Part shown: positions 45,244 through 54,392 of the stretch, piece by piece
Numbering within the stretch: position 1 is the stretch's first letter
Layout: every line of letters starts with the position of its first letter
Virus record (IMG/VR): IMGVR_UViG_3300020182_000020
Length of the DNA stretch: 64,000 bases
Source: a virus
Reading direction: 5' to 3' (one strand)
Made by a program: the position numbers and the translations under genes
The notes under the pieces: model-generated
Seen by the model: only the letters and a program-made list of their open reading frames with translations
Database searches by the model: none
Told to the model about the DNA's origin: nothing

Positions 45244-48003
45244 TTGGAAAATGATAAAACAAAAGTAGACAAAATTGTTGTTGGGATCATTAATGACTCC
45301 GCGCAAATTCCTGTTGGGTGGGCGTCAAGCGAAATTGTATCTGTGGGTCAAGGCAATTCAATCAGAGGCGATATTGTAAATGATCCTGTAGAGGTAAAGA
45401 TTAAAGCAGGAACGCCAGACCGACAAGGTCGCACAACGATTAAACGATACAATGAAGAAACCTTTATCACAAAAGTGGTCGATTCCGCTTATCTGAAGAC
45501 CTTTATAGATTCTGATGTAGTGGAAGATAGCGCTATATCCAATGTAACCTTGTTTGGTAAATTCAGCCCTCTTGTTTGGGATTCGGGTGGTCCTGATTAC
45601 GGCGGAGCAGATTACAGAATTATAACTGGCTATCAACCTGATCCAGAAGTTCCTGATGACGTCATTAACGTTCGAGACGTTGAATATGTCCCTGATATTG
45701 AAGGCGCCGGAGAAAATTTTAAATTTAGACTACGTCTAGCAAGTTTTAATCCGGTGTTTTTAGGGGGAGAAGAATATAACGTACAAATTCTTAATTGGGA
45801 CGATTCGGCCACTGGTTTTACGGTACTTGTAGAAAACCCAGACGACTTTAAAAGCAGATATATTACTGAAGTTGTTGCAATGTCCGTCGCGCGAATACCT
45901 GCTAGTAACTACCCATCAGCTGAACAGCCTAATTCAGATATCTTTAATATAACCAATGCTTTTTATGGGCGATGGCCTGATATGCCTGCCTGGAAACCGA
46001 ACGGTACTTACGGACTGGCTAGCGCTAGCCTTGATTATTTCGGAGAATACTTACCGAATCTAAATCCATTCAACCCCGCCAACCTAGAAGACTCCGCTTA
46101 TAGGGCAGATTCAGACACTTCCGAAGAACATAGATTCAGAATTAATCAATTTACAACAACTGGGCCGCGCCTTGATTCCGCAAATGGTTCTCCAGTTACT
46201 CCTGCAGGAGGAGTAGACTGGGCCCAGACGTTCAATTTCACTAATACTGCTTTTGTTCGTACTGATGAAAATGGTGCAGAGGCTACTTATAATCAGGTCG
46301 GAGATGAATACGACGATTCTGCTAACACCAATGGTTTCTTGTATACAGACGGACAATACGGATATTGGGGAGGCCCAATACTGTATGAAGCGAGTTATGA
46401 TACACAGCAGCTTACTTCCCGAACGATGGCGAAAAGGATACGCACAACCTATCCACCGCCCCCTTTTAATATAAATAGTACGAATGGCCTTTTTAGTTCT
46501 TATTTTAATGGCCAATATGATAAAACGGACCAAGGGTCGTTCAACTTTCCAAACAAAGTATATAATTTTAATTATTCACGTCCTTTCAAACTAGTTTTTA
46601 AAGATAACACAGGAGCTGTATTTTCAGCGGGGCCTTTTATGTTTGCGTGGAAATGCGCTCATCTTTGGAATACTATTACCCCATGTCTCGGAAAAACTTT
46701 TTTGCAAACATACGAATCGACAACCTATGAAGTTGGAGTTGCCCACCTAACTAATCAAAACCTTTTTCAAGGAGACGCGCATTCTCCACATATACAGATT
46801 CGAGATAGCGCCAATGATTTTTATGCGGGTAGACCGTTTGATGGTGCTGGTAATAATCCACAACCAGTAACACCAGGACAAATTACTTGTGCTATAGGTG
46901 AATACTCGGGTTATTTGTATCAAGACAGCACTAGTGCGTTTTCTGGGATCACCGGCAACCCTGTTAAGCGTTATCTCTTCGACCCCAACGATATTGACTC
47001 AAGTTGGACCCAGATCAACCCTTATGATAATATACAAAACGAGCGGGCATACTATTCAAAAGAACAGTGGCTACCTGGATTTGAGCGCTGGCCTGATGCG
47101 TTGGCGTGTGCTGGCACTTTATCTAATACTCACAACTTGGGAACAGGAACTTGGACCTTTTCTTCGCCTTGTCATCATACCGATAGAGGCCCAGTGGACG
47201 CTAACTACAATTACTATAACTCGGGGAGCGATCCCCTTTATGGCCCCAAATTACAACGAGAGCTTCATCACTGGGGATTGATAACAAGGCCATCAGGAAT
47301 AGATCCTTCTAGTTACACAATTGCAGGAGAGCCTCCTGCGCCGCCTGGAGGACCGCTACCTCCGGAAGCGCCGAACTGGGTATCAGGTGTACCACCAATT
47401 GGTTACACAAGATCGCGGGGCGAACTTTCGACCCACTGGCAAACTTATATCAGGCCAGCGATGGAAGCAGCAGGCACTTATGAATGGGATCCAGAAGTGA
47501 ATGGCTTTGATTTTCTTGGGGCCAGCTATAAGAACCGCATGCGGTCTTGGTATGATTTAAGTAAATTGTATACTGAATTTCTCTATCCTTCATTTTGGTT
47601 GTTCGGACCAGGAGATTTGACGACTCCTACTAACGCGGATATTGTCGTGGGTGATGAATATAGACCAGAAGTAACTTCTCTCGCTAATCAGACAAGGGTT
47701 TTTTCAGGATACGTTAATAATATTTCAGCAGCCCCCCAAGCGTTTTGGTTCGGCATTAGAGAGCACAGTGACAATTATTCGTTCGCTGCAGGCCCAGCAA
47801 CTAACTATCATACTGCAGTGCCTCAACCAACTTCGTTTAGGACAGGTTCTAGCCCAGCGTTACTTTCTGATGTTACGACAGTAACTCGTGTGGTTAAATT
47901 AGGAGCTATTCCAAACCCAAATATTCTTTATAAGGCAGAACCATTTACTTTGTATGGATTTGTTTTACAACCAGGAACCACTTACGTGAGCATAGGACCT
48001 TAA
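45244..48003 (+). CDS. Putative virion fibre/adhesin protein, paralog B
   Basis: 919 aa; TTG start directly after the upstream TAA, AGGA RBS; paralog with large insertions. Confidence 0.55.
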   Translation: MENDKTKVDKIVVGIINDSAQIPVGWASSEIVSVGQGNSIRGDIVNDPVEVKIKAGTPDRQGRTTIKRYNEETFITKVVDSAYLKTFIDSDVVEDSAISNVTLFGKFSPLVWDSGGPDYGGADYRIITGYQPDPEVPDDVINVRDVEYVPDIEGAGENFKFRLRLASFNPVFLGGEEYNVQILNWDDSATGFTVLVENPDDFKSRYITEVVAMSVARIPASNYPSAEQPNSDIFNITNAFYGRWPDMPAWKPNGTYGLASASLDYFGEYLPNLNPFNPANLEDSAYRADSDTSEEHRFRINQFTTTGPRLDSANGSPVTPAGGVDWAQTFNFTNTAFVRTDENGAEATYNQVGDEYDDSANTNGFLYTDGQYGYWGGPILYEASYDTQQLTSRTMAKRIRTTYPPPPFNINSTNGLFSSYFNGQYDKTDQGSFNFPNKVYNFNYSRPFKLVFKDNTGAVFSAGPFMFAWKCAHLWNTITPCLGKTFLQTYESTTYEVGVAHLTNQNLFQGDAHSPHIQIRDSANDFYAGRPFDGAGNNPQPVTPGQITCAIGEYSGYLYQDSTSAFSGITGNPVKRYLFDPNDIDSSWTQINPYDNIQNERAYYSKEQWLPGFERWPDALACAGTLSNTHNLGTGTWTFSSPCHHTDRGPVDANYNYYNSGSDPLYGPKLQRELHHWGLITRPSGIDPSSYTIAGEPPAPPGGPLPPEAPNWVSGVPPIGYTRSRGELSTHWQTYIRPAMEAAGTYEWDPEVNGFDFLGASYKNRMRSWYDLSKLYTEFLYPSFWLFGPGDLTTPTNADIVVGDEYRPEVTSLANQTRVFSGYVNNISAAPQAFWFGIREHSDNYSFAAGPATNYHTAVPQPTSFRTGSSPALLSDVTTVTRVVKLGAIPNPNILYKAEPFTLYGFVLQPGTTYVSIGP

Positions 48004-48006
48004 AAT

Positions 48007-51000
48007 ATGGCTGATTCAGATTTTTATGGATTAACACGTAATACATGGCCTGGAACATGGAGTCCAAGCACAGAAGCACCCATTGTTCTCGATAAAGAGA
48101 CACGAGGTGGGTTACGGTCAATCATTGGAAGTAACGGAGACCGTCTTGAAGATATAACTGGCCAGAGATTAGTCTCTGGTATGTTTGTATTTGTCGAGAA
48201 AGATTATTCTATTGACAGTGTTGGCGGTAGTATATGGACGTTAGATTCTGTTCCAACTACATTTCAGTCAGGGTACTATCAGTACAAAAACGATTCAGAT
48301 AGAAACGAGATAACAGGGTCTCTTCAAAACGAAAGGCAATTCTGGTCTACAATAAATTTAGAATTTGATTCTTCTGATGTATTGGCATTAATTGACTCAG
48401 ACTATATCAAAGGTTTCGTCGATTCAGATTACATTAAGGGTTTTATTGACTCTGATTACATAAAAGGTTTTGTCGATTCAGATTACATTAAGGGTTTTAT
48501 TGACTCAGACTATATCAAGGGTTTCGTCGATTCTGATTACATCAAAGGGTTTATTGACTCAGACTATATCAAAGGTTTCGTCGATTCTGATTACATCAAA
48601 GGGTTTATTGATTCCGATTATCTTAAAGGATTCATAGACTCAGATTATATAAAGGGGTTTGTCGATTCTGATTACATAAAAGGGTTTGTTGACTCCGATT
48701 ACGTTAATGCATTTACTGCAGTTTTTGTAGATTCAGATTATATTCAGGCTCGACAAATCTTCGGGCTTGATTCGGCTTTAACGATTGACCTTATCGATTC
48801 TGATTACATCCAAGCTCGACAAATCCTCGGCGGAGGCAGCGGCGGCGGAATTGATTCAGCTTTAACAATTCAATTAATCGATTCTGATTACATCCAAGCT
48901 CGACAAATCCTTGGTGGTGGTAGCGGTGGAGGTATTGATTCAGCGTTAACAATACAACTCATCGACTCAGATTATATCAACGCTCGAGTAGATGCTGCTA
49001 GTATTCCTGATGTTTTGGATTCTTCGGAAATCATAAATCTTATAGGTTTAACTGTTGACTCGGATTACATCAACGCTAGAGTAGATGCAGTAGCTGGTGG
49101 AGGCATTGATTCAGCTTTAACAATTCAATTAATCGATTCTGATTACATCCAAGCTCGACAAATCCTTGGTGGCGGTAGTGGCGGAATTGATTCGGCGTTA
49201 ACGATACAATTGATTGATTCTGATTACATTAACGCTAGAGTAGATGCAGTAGCTGGTGGAGGCATTGATTCAGCTTTAACAATACAGTTAATAGACTCGG
49301 ATTACATCCAAGCTAGGCAAATCATTGGTGGTCAGGGCGGATTAGATTCTGCTCTTACTATTCAGCTCATCGACTCGGATTACATTAATGCTAGAGTAGA
49401 TGCAGTAGCAGGGGGAGGAATAGATTCTGCACTAACAATACAGTTAATAGACTCTGCTTATATTACTTTAAGATCAGAAAATTTTATTGACGCTAAGATA
49501 CAGGTTTTAGACATCGGCGATATTGTCGGTACTAACGGAAGTGTAGGTCAAATCCTGAGTAGTTTGGGAACTGGTGACGCGCAATGGGTGAATATAGATT
49601 CTTCTATTTCTAATGTTGTTGACTCTGCCTTTATTGAAAATATTATCGACTCAAATTATATTCAAGCTCGCCAAATCATTGGTGGTCAGGGTGGATTAGA
49701 TTCTGCTTTAACAATACAACTCATCGATTCTGACTACATCAATGCTCGAGTAGACGCAGTAGCAGGCGGAGGTATTGATTCTGCTTTAACAATACAACTC
49801 ATCGACTCTGACTACATCAACGCTAGAGTAGATGCAGTAGCTGGTGGAGGCATTGATTCAGCTTTAACAATACAACTCATCGATTCTGACTACATACAGG
49901 CTCGGCAGGTTGACTTGCAGCGAGACTCAGCTTTTATTACGAATATTATCGACTCGGATTACATCAATGCTCGAGTAGACGCAGTAGCAGGTGGAGGTAT
50001 TGATTCCGCTTTAACAATTCAATTGATTGATTCTGATTATATTCAAGCTCGACAGGTTGATCTACAACGAGACTCTGCGTTCATTACGAACATTATCGAC
50101 TCTGACTACATCAACGCTAGAGTAGATGCAGTAACAGGAGGAGGAATTGATTCAGCGTTAACAATACAACTTATTGACTCGGCTTATATTACTTTAAGAT
50201 CAGAAAATTTTATTGACGCTAAAATACAAGTCTTAGATGTTGGAGACATTGTCGGGGTTAATGGTGCTGCTGGTCAAATCCTGAGTAGTTTGGGAACTGG
50301 TGACGCAGAATGGGTATCATTAGATTCTTCTATTTCTAATGTTGTTGACTCTGCCTTTATTGAAAATATTATCGACTCAGATTATATACAGGCTCGTCAA
50401 ATAGATCTGCAGCGAGACTCTGCTTTTATTACGAATATAATTGACTCTGCTTATATTCAATTCCGTCAGATTGATTACCTTGATTCTAGTTTAACAATTC
50501 AGTTGATTGACTCTGCTTATGTACAAGCCAGACAAATAGATCTGCAGCGAGACTCTGCCTTTATTACGAATATTATCGACTCTGCTTATATTCAGTTTAG
50601 ACAGATTCAGATTGATTATCTAGATTCATCATTAACAATTCAGCTCGTCGACTCTGCTTATGTACAAGCCAGACAAATAGATCTGCAGCGAGATTCTGCT
50701 TTTATAACAAATATAATTGATTCTGATTATATCAATCTAAGAGTTGACGCGACAATAGACTCAGCAGAAGTATTCAAAATAATCGACTCAGATTATATTA
50801 CTTTAAGATCAGAAAATTTTATTGACGCTAAAATACAAGTCTTAGATGTTGGAGACATTGTCGGGGTTAATGGTGCTGCTGGTCAAATCCTGAGAAGTTT
50901 AGGTACAGGAGATGCAGAATGGGTGAATATAGATTCATCTATTGGAGCGGTTATAGATTCTGCATATATCAACGCTAGAGTAAACGCGTCTTTTGATTCG

Positions 51001-53394
51001 GCGTTAGTAATTAATCTTATCGACTCTGCTTATATTCAATTCCGTCAGATTGATTACCTTGATTCTAGTTTAACAATTAATCTTATCGACTCTGCCTATA
51101 TTCAAGCTCGACAGTCGTTAATTGATTCTTCTTCTATTATTTCTCTTATTGACTCTGCTTATATTCAAGCTCGACAGATTGATTACCTTGATTCTAGTTT
51201 AACAATTCAATTGATTGACTCTGCTTATATTCAAGCTCGACAGTCGTTAGTTGATTCTTCTTCTATTATTTCTCTTATTGACTCCGCGTATATTGTAAAC
51301 AGGTCTACAGATTATATTGAAGCTAGTATTCAAGCTCAAGATTTAGGAGACATTGTTGGCGCTGCTGGATTGTCCGGTCAGTTTTTAACTAGCCTTGGAA
51401 CTGGTGATGGGTCTTGGATTTCAATATCAAGCGTTATTGATTCTGCTTATGTCCAATTAAGACAAGTAGATTTACAACGAGACTCTGCTTTTATTACGAA
51501 TATAATTGACTCGGCTTATATACAAGCTCGTCAATCTTTAGACTCTGATTTAGTTATTGCTCTAGTAGATTCTGATTATGTAAAGGCTAGGCAGACAAAT
51601 TATCTAGATTCTGCTTTAACAATACAACTCATTGATTCTGCTTATATTCAAGCTCGACAATCTTTAGACTCTGACCTAGTTATTGCTCTAATAGATTCTG
51701 CTTATATTCAAGCTCGACAATCTTTAGACTCGGATCTAGTTATTGCTCTAGTGGATTCTGCTTATATTCAAGCTCGACAGTCGTTAATTGATTCTTCTTC
51801 TATTATTTCTCTTATCGATTCTAATTATGTTGTTAATAGATCAGCTGATTACATTGAAGCTAATATTCAAGCTTTAGATTTGGGCGATGTAGTAGGTGCG
51901 GCTGGTTTATCAGGACAGTTTTTAACTAGTCTGGGAACTGGTGATGGTTCTTGGGTTTCTATTACGAATATTATCGACTCTGCATATGTACAATTAAGAC
52001 AAGTAGATTTGCAACGAGACTCTGCTTTTATTGTTAATATAATCGACTCTGCCTATGTTCAAGCTCGTCAATCTTTAGACTCTGATTTAGTTATTGCTCT
52101 AGTGGATTCTGATTACGTTCGAGCCAGAGAATCTATTGATTCTGCTAGGGTAATTACATTAATCGACTCTGCTTATGTTCAAGCTCGTCAATCTTTAGAC
52201 TCTGATTTAGTTATTGCTCTAGTAGATTCTGATTATGTAAAGGCTAGGCAGACAAATTATCTAGATTCTGCCTTATCAATTCAACTTATCGATTCTGATT
52301 ACGTTCGAGCCAGACAGCTTTTAGTTGATTCTGCTTCTATTATAAACCTTGTCGATTCTAATTATGTTGTAAACAGGTCTACAGATTATATTGAAGCTAG
52401 TATTCAATCTTTAGATTTAGGGGACGTGGTTGGCGCAGCTGGATTGTCTGGTCAGTTTTTAACCAGTCTCGGTACAGGCGATGGCTCTTGGGTTTCAATA
52501 TCAAGCGTTATTGATTCTGCTTATGTCCAATTAAGACAAGTAGACTATTTGGATTCTGCGTTATCGATCCAATTAATTGACTCAGCCTATATTCAATTCC
52601 GTCAGATTGATTATCTAGATTCTAGTTTAACGACTCAGCTGATAGACTCTGCTTATATTCAAGCTCGTCAATCTTTAGACTCTGACCTAGTAAATAATTT
52701 AATTGACTCTGCTTACATTCAGGCGCGACAGAAACTTGTAGATTCTGCGTCTATTATAAATCTTGTTGATTCTGCATATATTCAATTAAGACAGATAGAT
52801 TACTTAGACTCTTCATTAACAATTCAATTGATTGACTCTGCATATGTACAAGCTCGACAATCGGTTGATTCTTCTGCTATTATTTCTCTTGTAGATTCTG
52901 CTTATGTTATAAACCGATCCGACGATTATATTGGAGCGCAGATACAGGCACAAGATTTAGGAGACATAGTTGGTGCAGCTGGATTGTCTGGCCAGTACTT
53001 GAGAAGTTTAGGTACAGGAGACGGTGAATGGATTACTATCGCCGCACCGAGTTATATAAACCTAAATTATGATTCATCTATAAATAATGATTCAACGGAT
53101 ATCGTAGTAAGAATGCCAGTTGCAGGTAAAATTACACACTTATCATTGCAGCTTAATGTAGATACGATTTCGGCGGGACAAACCCTAGCATTTAACCTTA
53201 AAAAGAATGGTGTTTTGACAGGAGAATCAATTTCTATTGCAGTTGATTCGGCAGGATCTTTTGGAAATTCTAGTTCTATAACAAATATAAATTTTGTGGC
53301 AAACGATTTGATTGCGGTCAACCTTGTTCCTTCTGGTAGCACTAGTGTTACTTCATTACACAAGGGTTTGATACGTTTATTAGAAAACATATAA
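48007..53394 (+). CDS. Giant Asp-Ser repeat protein, probable segmented trimeric fibre
   Basis: About 120 DS dipeptides (manual count), seven DxGD..G..GQ.L.SLGTGD..W modules, C-terminal beta-sandwich. Confidence 0.65.
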   Translation: MADSDFYGLTRNTWPGTWSPSTEAPIVLDKETRGGLRSIIGSNGDRLEDITGQRLVSGMFVFVEKDYSIDSVGGSIWTLDSVPTTFQSGYYQYKNDSDRNEITGSLQNERQFWSTINLEFDSSDVLALIDSDYIKGFVDSDYIKGFIDSDYIKGFVDSDYIKGFIDSDYIKGFVDSDYIKGFIDSDYIKGFVDSDYIKGFIDSDYLKGFIDSDYIKGFVDSDYIKGFVDSDYVNAFTAVFVDSDYIQARQIFGLDSALTIDLIDSDYIQARQILGGGSGGGIDSALTIQLIDSDYIQARQILGGGSGGGIDSALTIQLIDSDYINARVDAASIPDVLDSSEIINLIGLTVDSDYINARVDAVAGGGIDSALTIQLIDSDYIQARQILGGGSGGIDSALTIQLIDSDYINARVDAVAGGGIDSALTIQLIDSDYIQARQIIGGQGGLDSALTIQLIDSDYINARVDAVAGGGIDSALTIQLIDSAYITLRSENFIDAKIQVLDIGDIVGTNGSVGQILSSLGTGDAQWVNIDSSISNVVDSAFIENIIDSNYIQARQIIGGQGGLDSALTIQLIDSDYINARVDAVAGGGIDSALTIQLIDSDYINARVDAVAGGGIDSALTIQLIDSDYIQARQVDLQRDSAFITNIIDSDYINARVDAVAGGGIDSALTIQLIDSDYIQARQVDLQRDSAFITNIIDSDYINARVDAVTGGGIDSALTIQLIDSAYITLRSENFIDAKIQVLDVGDIVGVNGAAGQILSSLGTGDAEWVSLDSSISNVVDSAFIENIIDSDYIQARQIDLQRDSAFITNIIDSAYIQFRQIDYLDSSLTIQLIDSAYVQARQIDLQRDSAFITNIIDSAYIQFRQIQIDYLDSSLTIQLVDSAYVQARQIDLQRDSAFITNIIDSDYINLRVDATIDSAEVFKIIDSDYITLRSENFIDAKIQVLDVGDIVGVNGAAGQILRSLGTGDAEWVNIDSSIGAVIDSAYINARVNASFDSALVINLIDSAYIQFRQIDYLDSSLTINLIDSAYIQARQSLIDSSSIISLIDSAYIQARQIDYLDSSLTIQLIDSAYIQARQSLVDSSSIISLIDSAYIVNRSTDYIEASIQAQDLGDIVGAAGLSGQFLTSLGTGDGSWISISSVIDSAYVQLRQVDLQRDSAFITNIIDSAYIQARQSLDSDLVIALVDSDYVKARQTNYLDSALTIQLIDSAYIQARQSLDSDLVIALIDSAYIQARQSLDSDLVIALVDSAYIQARQSLIDSSSIISLIDSNYVVNRSADYIEANIQALDLGDVVGAAGLSGQFLTSLGTGDGSWVSITNIIDSAYVQLRQVDLQRDSAFIVNIIDSAYVQARQSLDSDLVIALVDSDYVRARESIDSARVITLIDSAYVQARQSLDSDLVIALVDSDYVKARQTNYLDSALSIQLIDSDYVRARQLLVDSASIINLVDSNYVVNRSTDYIEASIQSLDLGDVVGAAGLSGQFLTSLGTGDGSWVSISSVIDSAYVQLRQVDYLDSALSIQLIDSAYIQFRQIDYLDSSLTTQLIDSAYIQARQSLDSDLVNNLIDSAYIQARQKLVDSASIINLVDSAYIQLRQIDYLDSSLTIQLIDSAYVQARQSVDSSAIISLVDSAYVINRSDDYIGAQIQAQDLGDIVGAAGLSGQYLRSLGTGDGEWITIAAPSYINLNYDSSINNDSTDIVVRMPVAGKITHLSLQLNVDTISAGQTLAFNLKKNGVLTGESISIAVDSAGSFGNSSSITNINFVANDLIAVNLVPSGSTSVTSLHKGLIRLLENI
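48391..48714 (+). repeat. Tandem 27-bp repeat, about 12 copies, encoding (F/L)(I/V)DSDYIKG
   Basis: Visible in sequence and translation; copies differ mostly at synonymous sites. Confidence 0.9.
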
Positions 53395-53397
53395 ATA
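53390..53397 (+). promoter_or_regulatory. T4-type late promoter TATAAATA
   Basis: Exact consensus at the fibre stop codon, ahead of 53436. Confidence 0.7.
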
Positions 53398-53435
53398 ATT
53401 ACGATTATTATATCATAACTTAAGGATAGTAAATA

Positions 53436-54386
53436 ATGAGCAGTACAAAAAAAGATGTATCGACTGAAGTGGCACCTTATGAAGAGGTGATGAAAGAGCT
53501 TGCTTTGATCACAGACAAGCACGAAGTTCATTTACCTGTTTCTAGTATTTTTGGTAGAGGCGAACTTGCTTTAACCAAAAGTTTTGGAGGTAGGACTCTA
53601 GCAGAAAATGCTGAGATGGTAGACAAAGCGTTTGAAAATACAAACGAGTTGCAGAATATTTGGAATCGTTCACATTCGCAATGGGATTGGAAACATATCA
53701 ATCTCTCTTATCATAGTGATTTTAAAAATGTTAGACAGATTGCTGCTGAAATGAGTCGAAAGAAAATGGCTCTTGATGAAGCAAAATGGCGCCAGCTTAA
53801 AAATGAAGTTAAGCTTAAAAAGATGCAAGAGAAATTGGCTTCTGGTAAATTAGACAAATGGAAAGAGATTGATATCAAGATCCAAATTGGCCAGCAATTA
53901 GAAGGTAATGCACAGGGCATGGCGTACATTGAAGGAGCCATGAAAGATGTTCTTGCTCTCAACGAACTTTATGAAGAGATGAAGAACAAATCCGAAATTG
54001 ATGGATTTACAGAAGCAGATTTTGAGAAACAAGAGTCAAAGTCTCATTTAAAAAGAAGCTTGGTCCAATGTATTCGAGACGTGCGACAACAAGGTTCTAT
54101 TACTAAAGGCGAACAAGAATACTTAGAGCAGATTGGTGTCAATCCTACAAAGATGCAAGCAAGAATTCGACAGTATGTTGCTGACGAAGAAGCGTCTTCT
54201 GATTGGTCGACGACTTCTTTGCACGAGTTTGTTGCTGGTGTTGTTGATGAATTGATTGATGTGTTAAAGGTCGACCGTACACGTATGGAACTTATGGGCT
54301 TTAGTGCAGATCATTTAGATTATATTACTCATGACCAATCTGTAGCTCATAAATCTATGCTAGAATATAAATTCGAATCAGAGTAA
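53436..54386 (+). CDS. Conserved coiled-coil hypothetical protein leading the paralog array
   Basis: 316 aa helical; NRSHSQW, RQIAAEMSRKK.AL.E. Confidence 0.6.
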   Translation: MSSTKKDVSTEVAPYEEVMKELALITDKHEVHLPVSSIFGRGELALTKSFGGRTLAENAEMVDKAFENTNELQNIWNRSHSQWDWKHINLSYHSDFKNVRQIAAEMSRKKMALDEAKWRQLKNEVKLKKMQEKLASGKLDKWKEIDIKIQIGQQLEGNAQGMAYIEGAMKDVLALNELYEEMKNKSEIDGFTEADFEKQESKSHLKRSLVQCIRDVRQQGSITKGEQEYLEQIGVNPTKMQARIRQYVADEEASSDWSTTSLHEFVAGVVDELIDVLKVDRTRMELMGFSADHLDYITHDQSVAHKSMLEYKFESE

Positions 54387-54392
54387 AACTCG

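Noticed and set aside
45238-45250. Stop-codon readthrough fusing the two paralogs
   Set aside because: Same frame with a single TAA, but an AGGA RBS and TTG start explain independent initiation, and each gene has a complete matching N- and C-terminus.
48391-52920. CRISPR array
   Set aside because: Repeats are in frame inside one ORF, vary at third codon positions and have no unique spacers; no cas genes.
46470-53086. Intragenic TATAAATA at 46470 and 53079
   Set aside because: Inside coding regions with no nearby start; likely chance in AT-rich DNA, though 53079 could add transcription of the array.
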